From Octopus sinensis (taxonomy: Eukaryota), in NCBI RefSeq assembly GCF_006345805.1, contig NC_043009.1, forward strand, positions 55,614,001-55,678,000: DNA of 64,000 nucleotides, written 5' to 3'. Below are positions 51,229 to 64,000 of the stretch, piece by piece. The stretch's first letter is position 1, and every line of letters starts with the position of its first letter. The translations under genes were made by a program, and so were the position numbers. The notes below the pieces were generated by a model, which made no database searches, was not told where the DNA came from, and was given only the letters and a program-made list of their open reading frames with translations.

Positions 51229-51488
51229 ATACAAAAATTCTATAATTATGAGCATAATTATAATTAGGGTTCTGCAAAATTTGCTTCACCACATACCGAA
51301 ATTTAGAAATAGCAGTCAAAATACTGTTCTACTACCATAAGATATCTCCAATATTTGAATACCAAACTGAGATATCTTATGGTAGTAGAATAGTATTTTA
51401 ACTGCTATTTCTAAATTTCGGTATGTGGTGAAGCAAATTTTGCTGAACCCTAATTATAATTATGCGCATAATTATAGAATTTTTGCAT
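51229..51488. mobile_element. Foldback element: 120-bp arms, 20-nt loop
   Basis: 51229-51348 is the near-perfect reverse complement of 51369-51488. Confidence 0.88.
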
Positions 51489-54400
51489 TTAAAAAATATA
51501 TTGATACAAAGCAATGCCTCAAAGTCTGGAATGGGAAACCCTTCACCTACAAGCAAAATCTTTGCATGTTTGCAAAATTTTGCTGGCATTCAAATTTGGA
51601 ACTGTTTGTTTATTTGTTATTTAATGAATAATATTTTAATGTGTGCAGGCATGTACAGGGTAAAGACCTCCTTCGGTCACTAATGACATGAGCTTGTGCC
51701 TAGAAAGTTCCCCTCTGAGGCACAAAGTCTGGACAAAATTGCTTATGGAAGACCAGCAGTCACCCATGCATACCAGCCTCCCCTCTCCATGCCACCGATG
51801 TTATATAAGGGAAAGGTAAATTAGTAAAAGTCAAGATAAAATATTTTTCTCAGCACAGATGAAATCCCACAGGTTCTTATGCACTTAACAATTTATCCCT
51901 TGTACTAAAACAAAGGGGAGAAAAAGGTCCCACTGTGCTATACACGACATAGTTGTCTGACTATCTAGAAACAGTAGCCAAATCTTTAAATCACACCCTA
52001 CCGCATTTAAAAACAAAGAAGATGCATTATATAATGTACTCCTTGGTGATGGTCATATCAGGCATGTTTTTATAGAACTACTCGAAATAGACTTTGGGCA
52101 TAAACATTATTACAGAAAAATACATGGTCACAACCATTTGTGTTTCAGGAAATGCAGTTCATACCATGTCGTTAGAGAGTGTAATAAGATGGTGGAATTA
52201 ATAAAGTCAAACTTGAAACCAAAGAATTGATGGTACACATTCTGATGCCAACACTGTGTAAGAGTTCAAGGCTCTAATACTGACCCAGTCCACTTAGGAG
52301 TTGTCTAATTGTGAAGGCATACAAACAAAGATATACCAGCAGTGGATATTCCATCCTTTTTTCTTTCAGACGCAGTATATCTTGGAATATATTAGCCAAT
52401 ATACTGTACCTTATTTTAAGATGACATGTTCTGATTTAAAGAAGATATAGAAGCTTTTCTAGCAAGGTGAGCGACCACTTGGTACAATAGGGGCAGGACA
52501 GCTCACTGCTATAAGCAATATGAATGCTGTTTCATCAAAGTGAATAAACAAAAATTTTAGTATGGTGGCTGGTTAAATTATTTGACTTACTAATCACATG
52601 ACTATGCATGTAATGGTGTCATTTTATTTTATCTAGTTTCAGCTCACGAGCTGTGGCCATGCTGGGGCACCGCCATATGTGTATGTATCTTTCTCTTATT
52701 TCAATCATTAGACTGTGGCCATGCTGGAGCACCACCTTGAAGGATTTAGTCAAACAAATTGATTGCAGCACTTTATTTTTTAATCCTGGTACTTATTCTA
52801 TCAGTCTCTTTTTGCCAAACCACTATGTTGTGGGGATGTTAACTAACCAACTCCAGTTGTCAAGCAGTAGTGGTGGGGACACTCACGCATATATATATAT
52901 ATATATGCAACAGGCTTTTTTTAGTTTCTATTTAACAAACCCACTCACAAGGCTTTGGTCAATCCAGAGGGCTAACATAAGACACTTGCCCAAATTGTCA
53001 TGCAGTGGGACTGAATCTGGTACCATGTGTTTGGGAAGTAAGATTCTTACCACATAGTCGTGTGTGTGTGTATGTATCAACATATAGCCAGCAACAGTGG
53101 AATACCAGAGAGAACAGAACAACCAGTTCTTAAACCTGTCAAATCAATGGATCCAGTAGCCACCAGTCTTAGAGAAATTGTATGAAATTCCTGTTACGTG
53201 TCAACTTAATTAGCCACAGACCATTGCTGGAGTTAGTGCCAACATCAAAATACTAGTGGAATCAAACCTAGAACCATGCAGTTGCAGTGTAAATATCTTA
53301 ACCACACAGCCATGACTGCACAATTATGTCATTGCGCAATTGTGGGTTTACATGTGTGTATGTATACAGAACTGTGAGTGAAAGATTTACTTCCTCATAT
53401 GACAGCTGAAGTAACATAACACTTCATACGTGATACGTCTCTGATCATACTGTTTAAATGAAGGATTAAAATAACTTTTACTTTTATCTTAATCTCATTT
53501 TTGTAAATACCCGACAATTCTTAGAATACATTTCCAAGCGTGGCATATGGCATGTTTATCAGGATTTATATTTAACCAAACCATACCAAATCTTACTAAA
53601 CCTTCTTAATTTAGCTATTTTTTTTTCTTTTTTGTTAGCTAGAATTTAAATTTTTTAAAATCTCAAGGTTGTATGACTAACTGCTAAATGACAAGACATT
53701 AGTATATAAGCTATTTGTCTTTTTATTTTTATTGTTTTTGTCATTTAACATCAGCACAGCTTTGGACCAGCAAATCTGTTTGGAAAAACATTCCAGCAGT
53801 GAATCACCTCATCTATCAACATATAATTCCTTTAAAACAGTAATGTAGTTTTTTTTTCAAGGGAATTTGGCTCTTATTTCTAGCAGATTAAACAACTACT
53901 TTCAGACTCACTTTTGAGATCATAATGAAACAAGCATCATAGCAGGATGGTTGGTTATAGTTTAGTTGCAGTTTAGAATGTACGTGCTTCCTATTTGCAG
54001 AATTTTGGTTTCTAAAATTAATGATATTGCAAACCAAAGACAAATACAAATTAATGATACTCATGAGAAAAGAATGAACATCACAGATTCTTATCCTCAT
54101 TTCTGTTTATAACTGATGTATAAGAAATACAATGACTGATTCTGCAGTTATGCTGCCAAGAGCTCATGAATGTTTCATGAGCTGTTTGTTTCATAATGTT
54201 TTCAATGAAAATGAACTCACAGTTACTCTGTATTTCTTTTTCTGTCTACTAAAATATTTAAACTCTGTCACTGTTTTGATTTCTTTTCAATGTTATTTGC
54301 TGTTCTTAATCTCTTTAAATCAGCATCACCAAATAGGCTATTTGATTTTATTATCCAAGAAGCAGTAATGATTCAAATGCCCAGAGTTACTGTAAAACCC

Positions 54401-57400
54401 TTGGTTAAAAAAATGAAATTATGAACACCCTGCTTTATGTATTGAGTTCTATTTTACTTTCAGTGCACAAGGTCTCAGATCAAATCTCTTGTCTGGCAAG
54501 TACACCTCCAAAGCTTGTATATGTATGTATTTTGATATATATGTCAGCGAGAACTGCAATGTTGATGATTATGATGATGTTGGGACTTCACTTGGCCCTG
54601 CCTGAGATTTGAAGAAACACATAGGATAGTATCGTTCTGTGTGTTCATAGAATGCACACATAGGATAGTATCATCCTAGATATATTCCATCTAGAATAGT
54701 GATAGTTGGAATGTCTTTGACCAAAGATCAGCTGGATCTGGACTTATCTAGTGATTAATAATAACAAATACTCTGTCTTTTCCTCTACTCTCACTTGCAC
54801 TTTACTCTTAAAAATCCTATATTGAATACATTCAATATTTTTCCCTCTTCACAATCGTATCCTTCCAAACCCTGTCTCAGTTTATGTTCCTCCGCTACTC
54901 TCTAACCAAACACAATCATACCTAGAAAGATGACAACCTGTGACAGTGTTAAGGGTACTCTTTACTGCGTGAGGTTGTATCTCTAAGCAAACACAACCTC
55001 AGGGTATTCCTAATATGACCAAATGTTGTCATTATCTTCCAATGGAGGGTACCTCTAATACTACTACATGTAGTAACTTTCTCTCCCATGAACCAATGAT
55101 GGAACTTTTACAGTCTCTTGACTTGCTAAATGTTATAGCTAGTGAATCTCTCTCTCAATTCACATCCCTGCTGTCTAAGGAAAGACCAACTGGATAATTT
55201 CATGTGACTATAAACCAGAAAAACTCAAAAATGGACATCTGTGTTTACAGAGGAAATAATGATGTTTCTGCATATCCATTAACTATAAACACAAAATCCA
55301 TTTGGCTGCCTGCTTTTGTATCTTCTTAGGGGTACAAACAAATGAAATCACACCCACTAAAGTATACACGTGGGATTTAGGGATTAAAATGATAGAATGT
55401 AATTTGAAAGATTTGGCTGCAGAGTGAATGACCATATAGATGCTGGTTTGTTGCAAAATTGGTGTCATATTAAGTCGGCACATGGCTTAATGGTTAGGGT
55501 GTTGAACTTATGAGAATAAGGTCATTGGTTCAATTTCTGATGCAGGAGGTGTATTGTATTCTTGAGCAAGGCATTATGTCATATTGCTCCTGTCTAAGCT
55601 AAAAATGAGAACCAGTCTAGTATTAGTGCAACCTGCTCTCCTGTTAGTTGTTACATCATGGATTTTTCTGGATCAATGAGAAGAGGGTCAAGAGGGTGCT
55701 TATGTCTGTTTATGACCACACAGATACACCTAAAACAATTAACTCAACCATGATAAATATCACCAAGTCACACTTGTTTGCAAGTGATGGCTTTGCTTTA
55801 TGCTGAATTAACCAAGTGCTATTTAGCATTATCATTAATATTGTAATAAGGTTTTATAATATTGGCATTAGGAAGGGCGTCCAGCCATAGAGACCAAGCC
55901 AAGTCAGACTGGAACCTGATACAGTTCTTTGGCTTACCAGTTCCAGTCAAACTGTCTTACCCATGCCAGCATGGAAAGCAGACACTAAATAATGACGATG
56001 ATATTTTAAGGTGGCAAGCTGGCAGAATCATTAGCATGCCAGACAAAATGCTTAGCAGTATTTCATTTGTCTATACATTCTGAGTTCAAATCCTGCCAAG
56101 GTAGACTTTACCTTTTATCCTTTTGGGGTCAATAAGATAAGTTGGGGTTGATGTAACCAACTTACCCCCTCCACCAAAATTGTTGGTCTTGTGCCAAAAT
56201 TTGGAACCATTAGTTTTGATAAAACTTTTAATTTAATTATGAAGACTTTAACGTGTGCAGTCTCAGACAAGATAACATTAAAAGGGTTAAGGAGGAAATA
56301 TTTTCCTGAAATGGAAGCCAATCTGTTTAACACTGTATCATCGACAATGCTTGTGTGTGTGTGTGTGTGTGTGTGTGTATGAATGAACAGACAGGCACAA
56401 TACACCATTTGTTCCAAATGCCACAACAGATAACCACAGCTCAGATCAGAATACAAACTACTGAAGTGAAATGGGAAGCTACATTTTCATTCATGGTTTG
56501 AAGTGTTGTGGAATATAGGCCAGAGGCAAAGCAGATATACATCTAGCCAAACGTGATGGTGATAAACAGCATACATATATTAACAACTACACCTTTGAAT
56601 ATTCCTTATGTCTGGCATGTGTGTATATAGGCATGCATATTTTTTTATTAAAAGCATATTCAAAGGTGTGTGTGTGTGTGTGAACATATATTTTCAAAAA
56701 ACAATCAAAGGATTGGTTGTTTGTATGTACATACACACGCATAAAAAAATATATGCATGCATACACATATACCTACATGCATACATATATATACAAGCAT
56801 ATGAACACACACACACAGAGTATTTTTTTTCAGAAATATTTCTGCAAATAGATAATACCATACTTTTACATTCTGCCTAATTTAGAATCAGTTTTATCAG
56901 AGTTGACCTGTGGCTAAATAAAAACATCTTCAAAATGCTCTTACTAATTATCTGTTCATGATAGATGGGAAAGGCCAACATTCCCCAATAAATACTCACT
57001 TGTAAGTCTTGAGCACGGGTGCAAGCATGGCTGTAATGGGTAAGAAGTGCCCTCAACAATTACATACCTCTGGATTCAATCCCAATGTATGACACTTTGA
57101 GCATATGTCTTGTATGATAACCTCAGGTCAACTTGTGAGTGGAATTTGTAGATGGAAACTGTATGAAAGCCCTGTGTATGTGAAAGAGAGAGAGGGAGAG
57201 AGGGGGAGAGAGCGAGATAGTAAGATGTGCGTGTGTGCTTTCCACTGAAGTATATCAGTGAAGGTTACAGACATCCGTAACCTCACTGCTGAAAACTCAT
57301 GCTTTACTGATGAATCCTTGAATGCACTTGTTCTACATTGAGTCACAGACACTATCTCATTGTTGCCATCAGAAAAGCAGTTAATTAGTGATCGGCCCAT

Positions 57401-57529
57401 TACAAGCCTGTAGTTAATAACTAAAATGTTCATCAACTATCCATATTGGATAAATAAATAAATATATTCCTGCAAAGCCACACTCAAGTGGGACTTTACA
57501 TGGATATATTTCAAGTGCACTCAGATATT

Positions 57530-58103
57530 CTTTTACTTGTTTCAGTCATTTGACTGTGGCTATGCTGGAGCACCGCCTTTAGTCGAGCAAATCAACCCTA
57601 GAGCTTATTTTTTGTAAGCTAGTACTTATTCTATCGGTCTCTTTTGCCAAACTGCTAAGTTACGGGGACGTAAATACACCAGCATCAGTTGCCAAGCGAT
57701 TTTGAGAGGACAAACACAGACACACAAACATATACACACACATACCTCTCTCTCTTTCGGAGAGGCACAAGCACCTACACGCACATAATACACACACGGC
57801 AGTAACTTCCACCTACCGAATTCAATCACAAAGCTCCGGTCGGCTCAGGGCTATAGTGGAAGACACCTACCCAAAGTGCCACGCAGTGGGACTGAACCCG
57901 AAACCATATAGCTAGGAAGCAAGCTCCCTAACCACATAGCCATGCCAAGCTTCTAGTTTCCGTCTACCAAATCCACTCACAAGTCTTTGGTCGGCCTGAG
58001 GCTATAGTAGAAGACACTTGCCCAAGGTGCCACGCAGCGGGACTGAACCCAGGACCATGTGGCAGGTAAGTAAGCTACTTACCGCACAGCCACTCCTGCG
58101 CCT
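57530..58103 (-). mobile_element. SINE family A with duplicated head (dimer-like)
   Basis: Two successive head/core segments at about 57800-57945 and 57950-58103. Confidence 0.75.
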
Positions 58104-59059
58104 ATGTGAGAAAAAACCTTCAGCTAAGGAGATAGTTCTGGGAGAAAATTCGCGTATTAGACATATGTGGAAACACATAAGGGCTGTGAATGACATCATG
58201 GGATCATAGGATGTATACATTTCTGTGCTGTTTCACTTTGTTAGCTACAAACAACATTGCTATCACTCACAGTTATATAAGAATGGAATTACTTTTATTA
58301 AAACAGCATACAGAATATACATTTGTGTGTGTACAACTTTGTTTAGTTAGAATTAAATAGTATAATAGAATTAAATAGAATATAAAATATATTCATATAA
58401 AATCACATCCAATATGTTGCAGTGTATTTGGACAATAAGAACTTTTACTGTGAAAATAGACCTGAGAGAAAACTCTCCACCAAATTGTGTTTGGAAACAC
58501 ATTTTTTTTCTTCTTTTTTTGAAAGAGCAACACATGAATTCTGGTGCATCGTTTGACACTTGTTTCCTGTGTTGTTGGCTACAAAAACCAAATCTATCAC
58601 TCAAAACCTGCCAAGAACAATTATTCTTATTAAAACATCATCATCATTTAACGTCTGCTTTCCATGCTAGCATGGGTTGGACGATTTGACTGAGGACCAG
58701 GCTCCAATCTTGATCTGGGAGAATTTCTACAGCTGGATGCCTTCCTAATGCCAAATATAGAATATAAAACACCATATAGAATATATGTTGATATGTGCAA
58801 AGCTTGGTCAAGTTAGAATTAAATACATAATGTTGCACAGTCCATCTTTTGTTTTCACACATATCTAAGAGGAAAAATTTTCTCTTTGGATTACCTCTGC
58901 AGTGAAACTCTTCTCACATCTGAATGCTCTTGAATATGTTGAATATGACTTTACATGAATATATTTTATTCAATGCTGTTCTGTTTGACCTTATTTAAGA
59001 AAAATAAATAGAAATCATCTGTTGTCATTTCATGGATGTATCTCTATCTTTTTTAGCCC

Positions 59060-59595
59060 TTTCCAAGCCTAGCCAGGCTCATGGGACCAGTTTCCTGGTT
59101 TCTGTAGCATATGTGTTCCCCCAGTTGGATGGGACACCAGTCCATCTCAGTGTTACTCAAGAAACAGGAAGAGAGAGTGAGAGAAAGTTGTGTCAAAAGA
59201 GTACAACTGGGGTCGCCACCAACCCCTGCCGGAGCCTCGTGGAGCTTTAGGTGTTTTCGCTCAATAAACACACACAACGCCTGGTCTGGGAATTGAACTG
59301 CAATCCTCCGACCGCGAGTCCGCTGCCCTAATCACTGGGCTATTGTGCCTCCACAAGCGCTCTTTTAAAGCCTAGCCAGGCTCATGGGCCTGGTTTCCCG
59401 GCATATGTGTTCCCCAGCTGGATGAGATGCCAGTCCATCACAGTGTTACTCCTTTTTGCCAGCTGAGTGGACTGGAGCAACGTGAAATGAAGTGTTTTGC
59501 TCAAGAACACAACGCATTGCCTGGTCCAGGAATCGAAACCACAATCTTATGATCATGATGCTGATACCCTAACCACTAAACCACGCACCTCCACA
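59060..59595 (-). mobile_element. Two tandem SINEs with different heads and a shared 3' part
   Basis: aagcctagccaggctcatggg...gtgttact occurs at about 59060-59160 and 59365-59450. Confidence 0.75.
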
Positions 59596-61543
59596 TATCT
59601 CTGTATAATATATTTAATTTCAGAAAGTCTCAATTCACCAATCTATAGATAACTAAATTTCAAGGAATATTATTACACACAGACTTGTATCTTATCCATG
59701 GCTATGAAATTCATATTCTGATTACGTGATTTAGTGACATGAAATCAGAGATAAATGCCAGTATTCAATGTTTCTGCCTAAGACCCCCCCGAGAGAGTAG
59801 ATTTATAGCTTGCTATGTGGTTGACAGGCCAGCTACAAGAAATAAGAAATATTCAATGGGAGAAGATTTATAGTTAGCTGTTAATATGGATGACAGGCTG
59901 TTTATGATATGTTTGATAAAAGGAGATTCATAACAGGCATAGGGCTGACTGGCTGTCTACATACAAGACAGTAGTAATCTTGTTACAAGTCTATATTATC
60001 TTCCTTTATTTGTTTCAGTTATTAGACTGTGACCAAGCTGGGGCACTGCCTTGAAGGGTTTTAGTCAAACAAATTGATCCCAGAACTAATTTTTCTTCTT
60101 AAGTCTGCTATTTATTCTATCAATCTCTTTTTCCAAATCATTAAGTTATGAGAACACAAACAAACCAATATCAGTTGTCAAAGTGGGTGGGAACAAACAC
60201 ACACATACATACACACAATGGGCTTCCGTATAATTTGCACCTACAACATTCATTCACAAGACATTGGTCAATCCAGGGCTACAATAGAAGATGCTTACCC
60301 AAGGTACTATACAGTGGGACTGAACCCCAAACCACATGATTGCAAAGCAAGCTTCCTAACCACACAGCCATCCTGTGCAAAATTGCTGATTTAACAATAT
60401 TACTCAAATGTGAATTTAAGCTGAAAATCACTTTAAATATTTTAATTTACAAAAAGTTCCACTGACATCTATTGGTGGATTGTAGAGATAGTTCAAACAA
60501 TTATTTATAACAGCTGTAGCAAGTGACAATTATAGCAATTTTTAGAGATTAAATAACCATTTCTATTATCATAATAAAGCATTTACATAAAAATGCACAC
60601 ACAGTATTATTAGAAAAATATTTCAAAATTTCTGTGTTTTTAAGTGTAAATTGTCATCCTCATCTTCATAACATCCACTTTTCCATGTTTGCATGGGTCA
60701 GATAAAATTTATTGAGGTAGATTGTTCAACTGTTGGAGGACTTTCTTGTCACCAATCTTCACCTGTTTCCATGCAAGATAATATTTTCCCATGGCCTGAC
60801 ATGCTTTTGCTGAATGTTGGAAATGAATGACGTTGCTTGTATGACAATGACACTTATTTACAAGCATCACATGATGTCAAGATAAGGATATAAACAATGG
60901 ATTTCTTTCAGCTTCTGTCTATCAAGTCCACTTAAAAGGCTTTGCTCAGGGTCAGCTCATGGCTATAAAAGATAATTTGCCTAATCATGTGGTTTTAGAA
61001 ACAGACTTTTAGAAACTGACTCAGCAAAGATGTTTAAGTGCAACCACATCTTACAGTCTTTTAATGTAAAGTAGACCAAAGTGGAGCAAAATCTAAAGAC
61101 AGTTCCTTAATTTGTAGAGTTTAATGGGATTTGCTAAGTAGATACCCCATCAGGAGTCTGGGTAGATATATCGAAGTGATTATCAGGAATATTGATACTT
61201 TTGGTACAACTCAAGCTATACCTAATCTCAGTCTTATCTACGGTACCCCTTGATGGTATCTCATGCATATAATAGAAAGAATCTACTTCATTAGCAGAAC
61301 CTTTCTATGCAAGGAAAGCTAAGATGGCTTATGTAGTCAAGAGGATGAACAAATCTGATGTGCTTCTCAATGGTAGCATTGTTGCATTAAATTATGATTT
61401 GTGTCGCATCTAAAAATGATGTTTAACCATCATTCTAGGTTAAGCATCAATTGAAGATTTCACAGCCAAATGAAATACATCACTTTATAATTCCAATGTA
61501 GCAAAGAGATGTGAGTTGTTTTCAGAAATTACTTCAAGAATTA

Positions 61544-61717
61544 TGTTGTGTGGACGCCCCCAGACGATGAACTAGACTAACCCAATACATAGATATAGAG
61601 GGAGAAGTCTAGACGTCAAGAGTAGCAGTAGTAGACTAGAACAGAGTAGCAGTAGAGAAGAGTTGAGTAGTAGAGGTATCTGAATGTGTGACATAACAGT
61701 GGTGATGAGGATGAGAT
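61544..61717 (+). mobile_element. 5' LTR (155 bp) plus primer-binding site of a Ty3/gypsy-type relic
   Basis: TGTTGTGT...ACATAACA termini, then g + TGGTGATGAGGATGAGAT; no matching TSD. Confidence 0.6.
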
Positions 61718-63035
61718 AACTCACACAGCCACTGTGTAGTATTGCGATATAGCAAATTAATACTACAAAAATCACCCAATAGTGCATTTGAGTATCATTA
61801 AGGGATCTGGGATTTTGTAGGATTTTCTTAACAGTATGAGTTCTAATCACCACCAAAGGTCATTTTAAATCTTGTTAAGTATTTTATACCAAACAACTTT
61901 CTGATTAGTTACTAGAGTAAATTGTTTACTTTTTTACTGGTTTCAGTCACTGGACTGCGACCATACTGGGGCACTGCCTTAAAGGGTTTAGCCAAACAAA
62001 TTGACCCCAGTATCTATTTTGTTTTTAAAGCTTGGTACTTAAAATTATTGGTCTCTTTTGCCCAAATGCTAAGTTATAGTGACAAACAAACCAACACTGG
62101 TTGTCAAGTAGTGGTGACAGACAAACACACACACAAACACACACAGGTACATACATACATACATTGACATACATACATAGACATACATTGACATACATAC
62201 ACTTATGACAAGCTTTTTCAGTTTCCTTTCACCATATCTACTCACAAGGCTTTAGTTTGCCTAAGAAAAAAAATGACAACATTTTTCGATAGTCACCAAC
62301 TGCTATATAAACCTGCATTCCTACTCTGCAATAATTTTTTGACAGAATTTAGAGACCAAGAAACAAAAAATGCTACAGACTTGGTGTTTTGATTAAAAGT
62401 GGCCTGACTATGATAAATAACAAGTCTGTGTACTTCACTTACAATAGCAGCCATAGTAGTTCTTTTTTAAGTTATTGATTGCCATTATATATTTCCATGA
62501 GTGTCAGAACTGGGCATTAATTAATAGTATTATTCATGCAGAGATGCAAGGAACCTTTCATGTAAAATAAGCAGAGTGACATATAACACAAGATAAGTAT
62601 TAGTTATTAGTAGGCACAGACATTTCTCTGAGTGGAATTAAACATGAGGAATCAGGATATAATTAATGGCTAATCTAGTAACCTAGAATACAGGGAGATT
62701 TTGTGCAAAATTTTCATTTATCATTATCATAGCCTTATAGTCCTTAGCTGGCAAATTTAGTTAATACAACTGATTCAAAAGTAAAATTTTTGTAACGTTT
62801 TCTATAGCTGGATGCCCTTCTTAACACCAATCATTTTACAGTATACTAGAGGCATTTTTTTTGGTGACACCAGCACTATAGAGGCTGTCTTGATGCAGTG
62901 AGTCTAACATCTGTTGTGAAATTGATTGGTAATATTGGCTGCAATGGATCTATAATACTAAATATTTTGATTAATATACTCATGCTATTGACAAACATAC
63001 ATGCCTATATTTTGACTCACAGATTCTTAGGTGAC

Positions 63036-63069
<34 letters not shown>

Positions 63070-63229
63070 CACACACACACACATGCATGCACACACACGT
63101 ATGTACATACATACAGTAGTTTGCATCAGTACAGTACACATTTTCAGGTATTTCAGTCTCAATGTTTAGATCAACATTCGAATCCTATACCTGTATTGTA
63201 TGGTCACTATATTTTCCATGCAGGAGTAC

Positions 63230-63615
63230 TCTCTTTACTTGTTTCAGTCATTTGACTGTGGCCATGATGGAGCACCGCCTTTAGTCGAGCAAATCGACCT
63301 CTGGACTTATTCTTTGTAAGCCTGGTACTTCTTCTATCGGTCTCTTTTGCTGAACCACTATGTTACGGGGATGTAAACACACCAGCATCGGTTGTCAAGC
63401 AATGTTGGGGGGACAAACAGACAAGCACATACACATATATATACATATATACGACAGGCTTCTTTCAGTTTCCATCTACCAAATCCACTCACAAGGCTTT
63501 GGGCGGCTCGAGGCTATAGTAGAAGTCACTTGCCCAAGGTGCCACACAGTGGGACTGAACCCAGAACCATGTGGTTTGCAAGCAAACTGCTTACCACACA
63601 ACCACCCCTATGCCT
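63230..63615 (-). mobile_element. SINE family A, full length
   Basis: Same consensus; further partial copies near 6440, 12360, 14805, 29860, 40320, 44700, 49745, 52690, 60005 and 61930. Confidence 0.88.
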
Positions 63616-64000
63616 AGTAGGTGAGATTATCAGAAACACAAGCCCCAAAATTGGTCTTCAGTCTTAGGTTTGCTACCCTACAACTATCACCAATCCTCCC
63701 TTCCACACACATACACACGCATTCGCCTCACTGGCCAGAGAATTGTGTCACACTGACTCATATCCGATCACCAACAGTTGATGTGTCAACCGGTAATACA
63801 AGCATTTATTATATGTAAGAAATCTTGTTTAATGTGTGTATTTAATAGCTAAGGAAAAGTGACAGAGTACACCACCCACAGAAGCCTCTAGCAGTTGTTA
63901 AACCCCTTTTTTTTTTTTTGTATTTATCATTTTTAAAATTCATTATATATATAGGTGTGGCTGTGAGGTAAGAAGCTTGATTCTCAATGACATGGTTCCG

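Noticed and set aside
1-64000. tRNA genes, CRISPR arrays and prokaryotic features
   Set aside because: A/B-box motifs occur only in SINE heads with no full cloverleaf; no regular repeat-spacer array; the sequence is eukaryotic.

Overview
AT-rich eukaryotic genomic DNA, dense in SINEs and microsatellites. The repeat families look like those I associate with Octopus (inference, no database search). The window holds the N-terminal half of one minus-strand gene, a phosphoinositide-specific phospholipase C of the delta/eta/PRIP architecture. I assembled 12 exons by hand (51051 down to 1072; 1271 nt, 423 full codons) with consistent intron phases. They encode a PH domain, EF-hands and the catalytic X box with H/N/E/D/H/E residues intact. 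The first exon and the Y/C2 exons were not found and probably lie outside the window. Two introns carry U12 (minor spliceosome) signals, one AT-AC and one GT-AG. The introns contain tRNA-derived SINEs, LINE and mariner relics, hAT/piggyBac/Tc2-like MITEs, two non-autonomous Helitrons, an LTR with primer-binding site, and several foldback elements. Two Penelope-like fragments carry minimal hammerhead ribozyme motifs, one of them sense to the PLC pre-mRNA. Almost all ORFs in the supplied track are spurious translations of repeats or microsatellites. Repeat boundaries are approximate unless a TSD or TIR is quoted.
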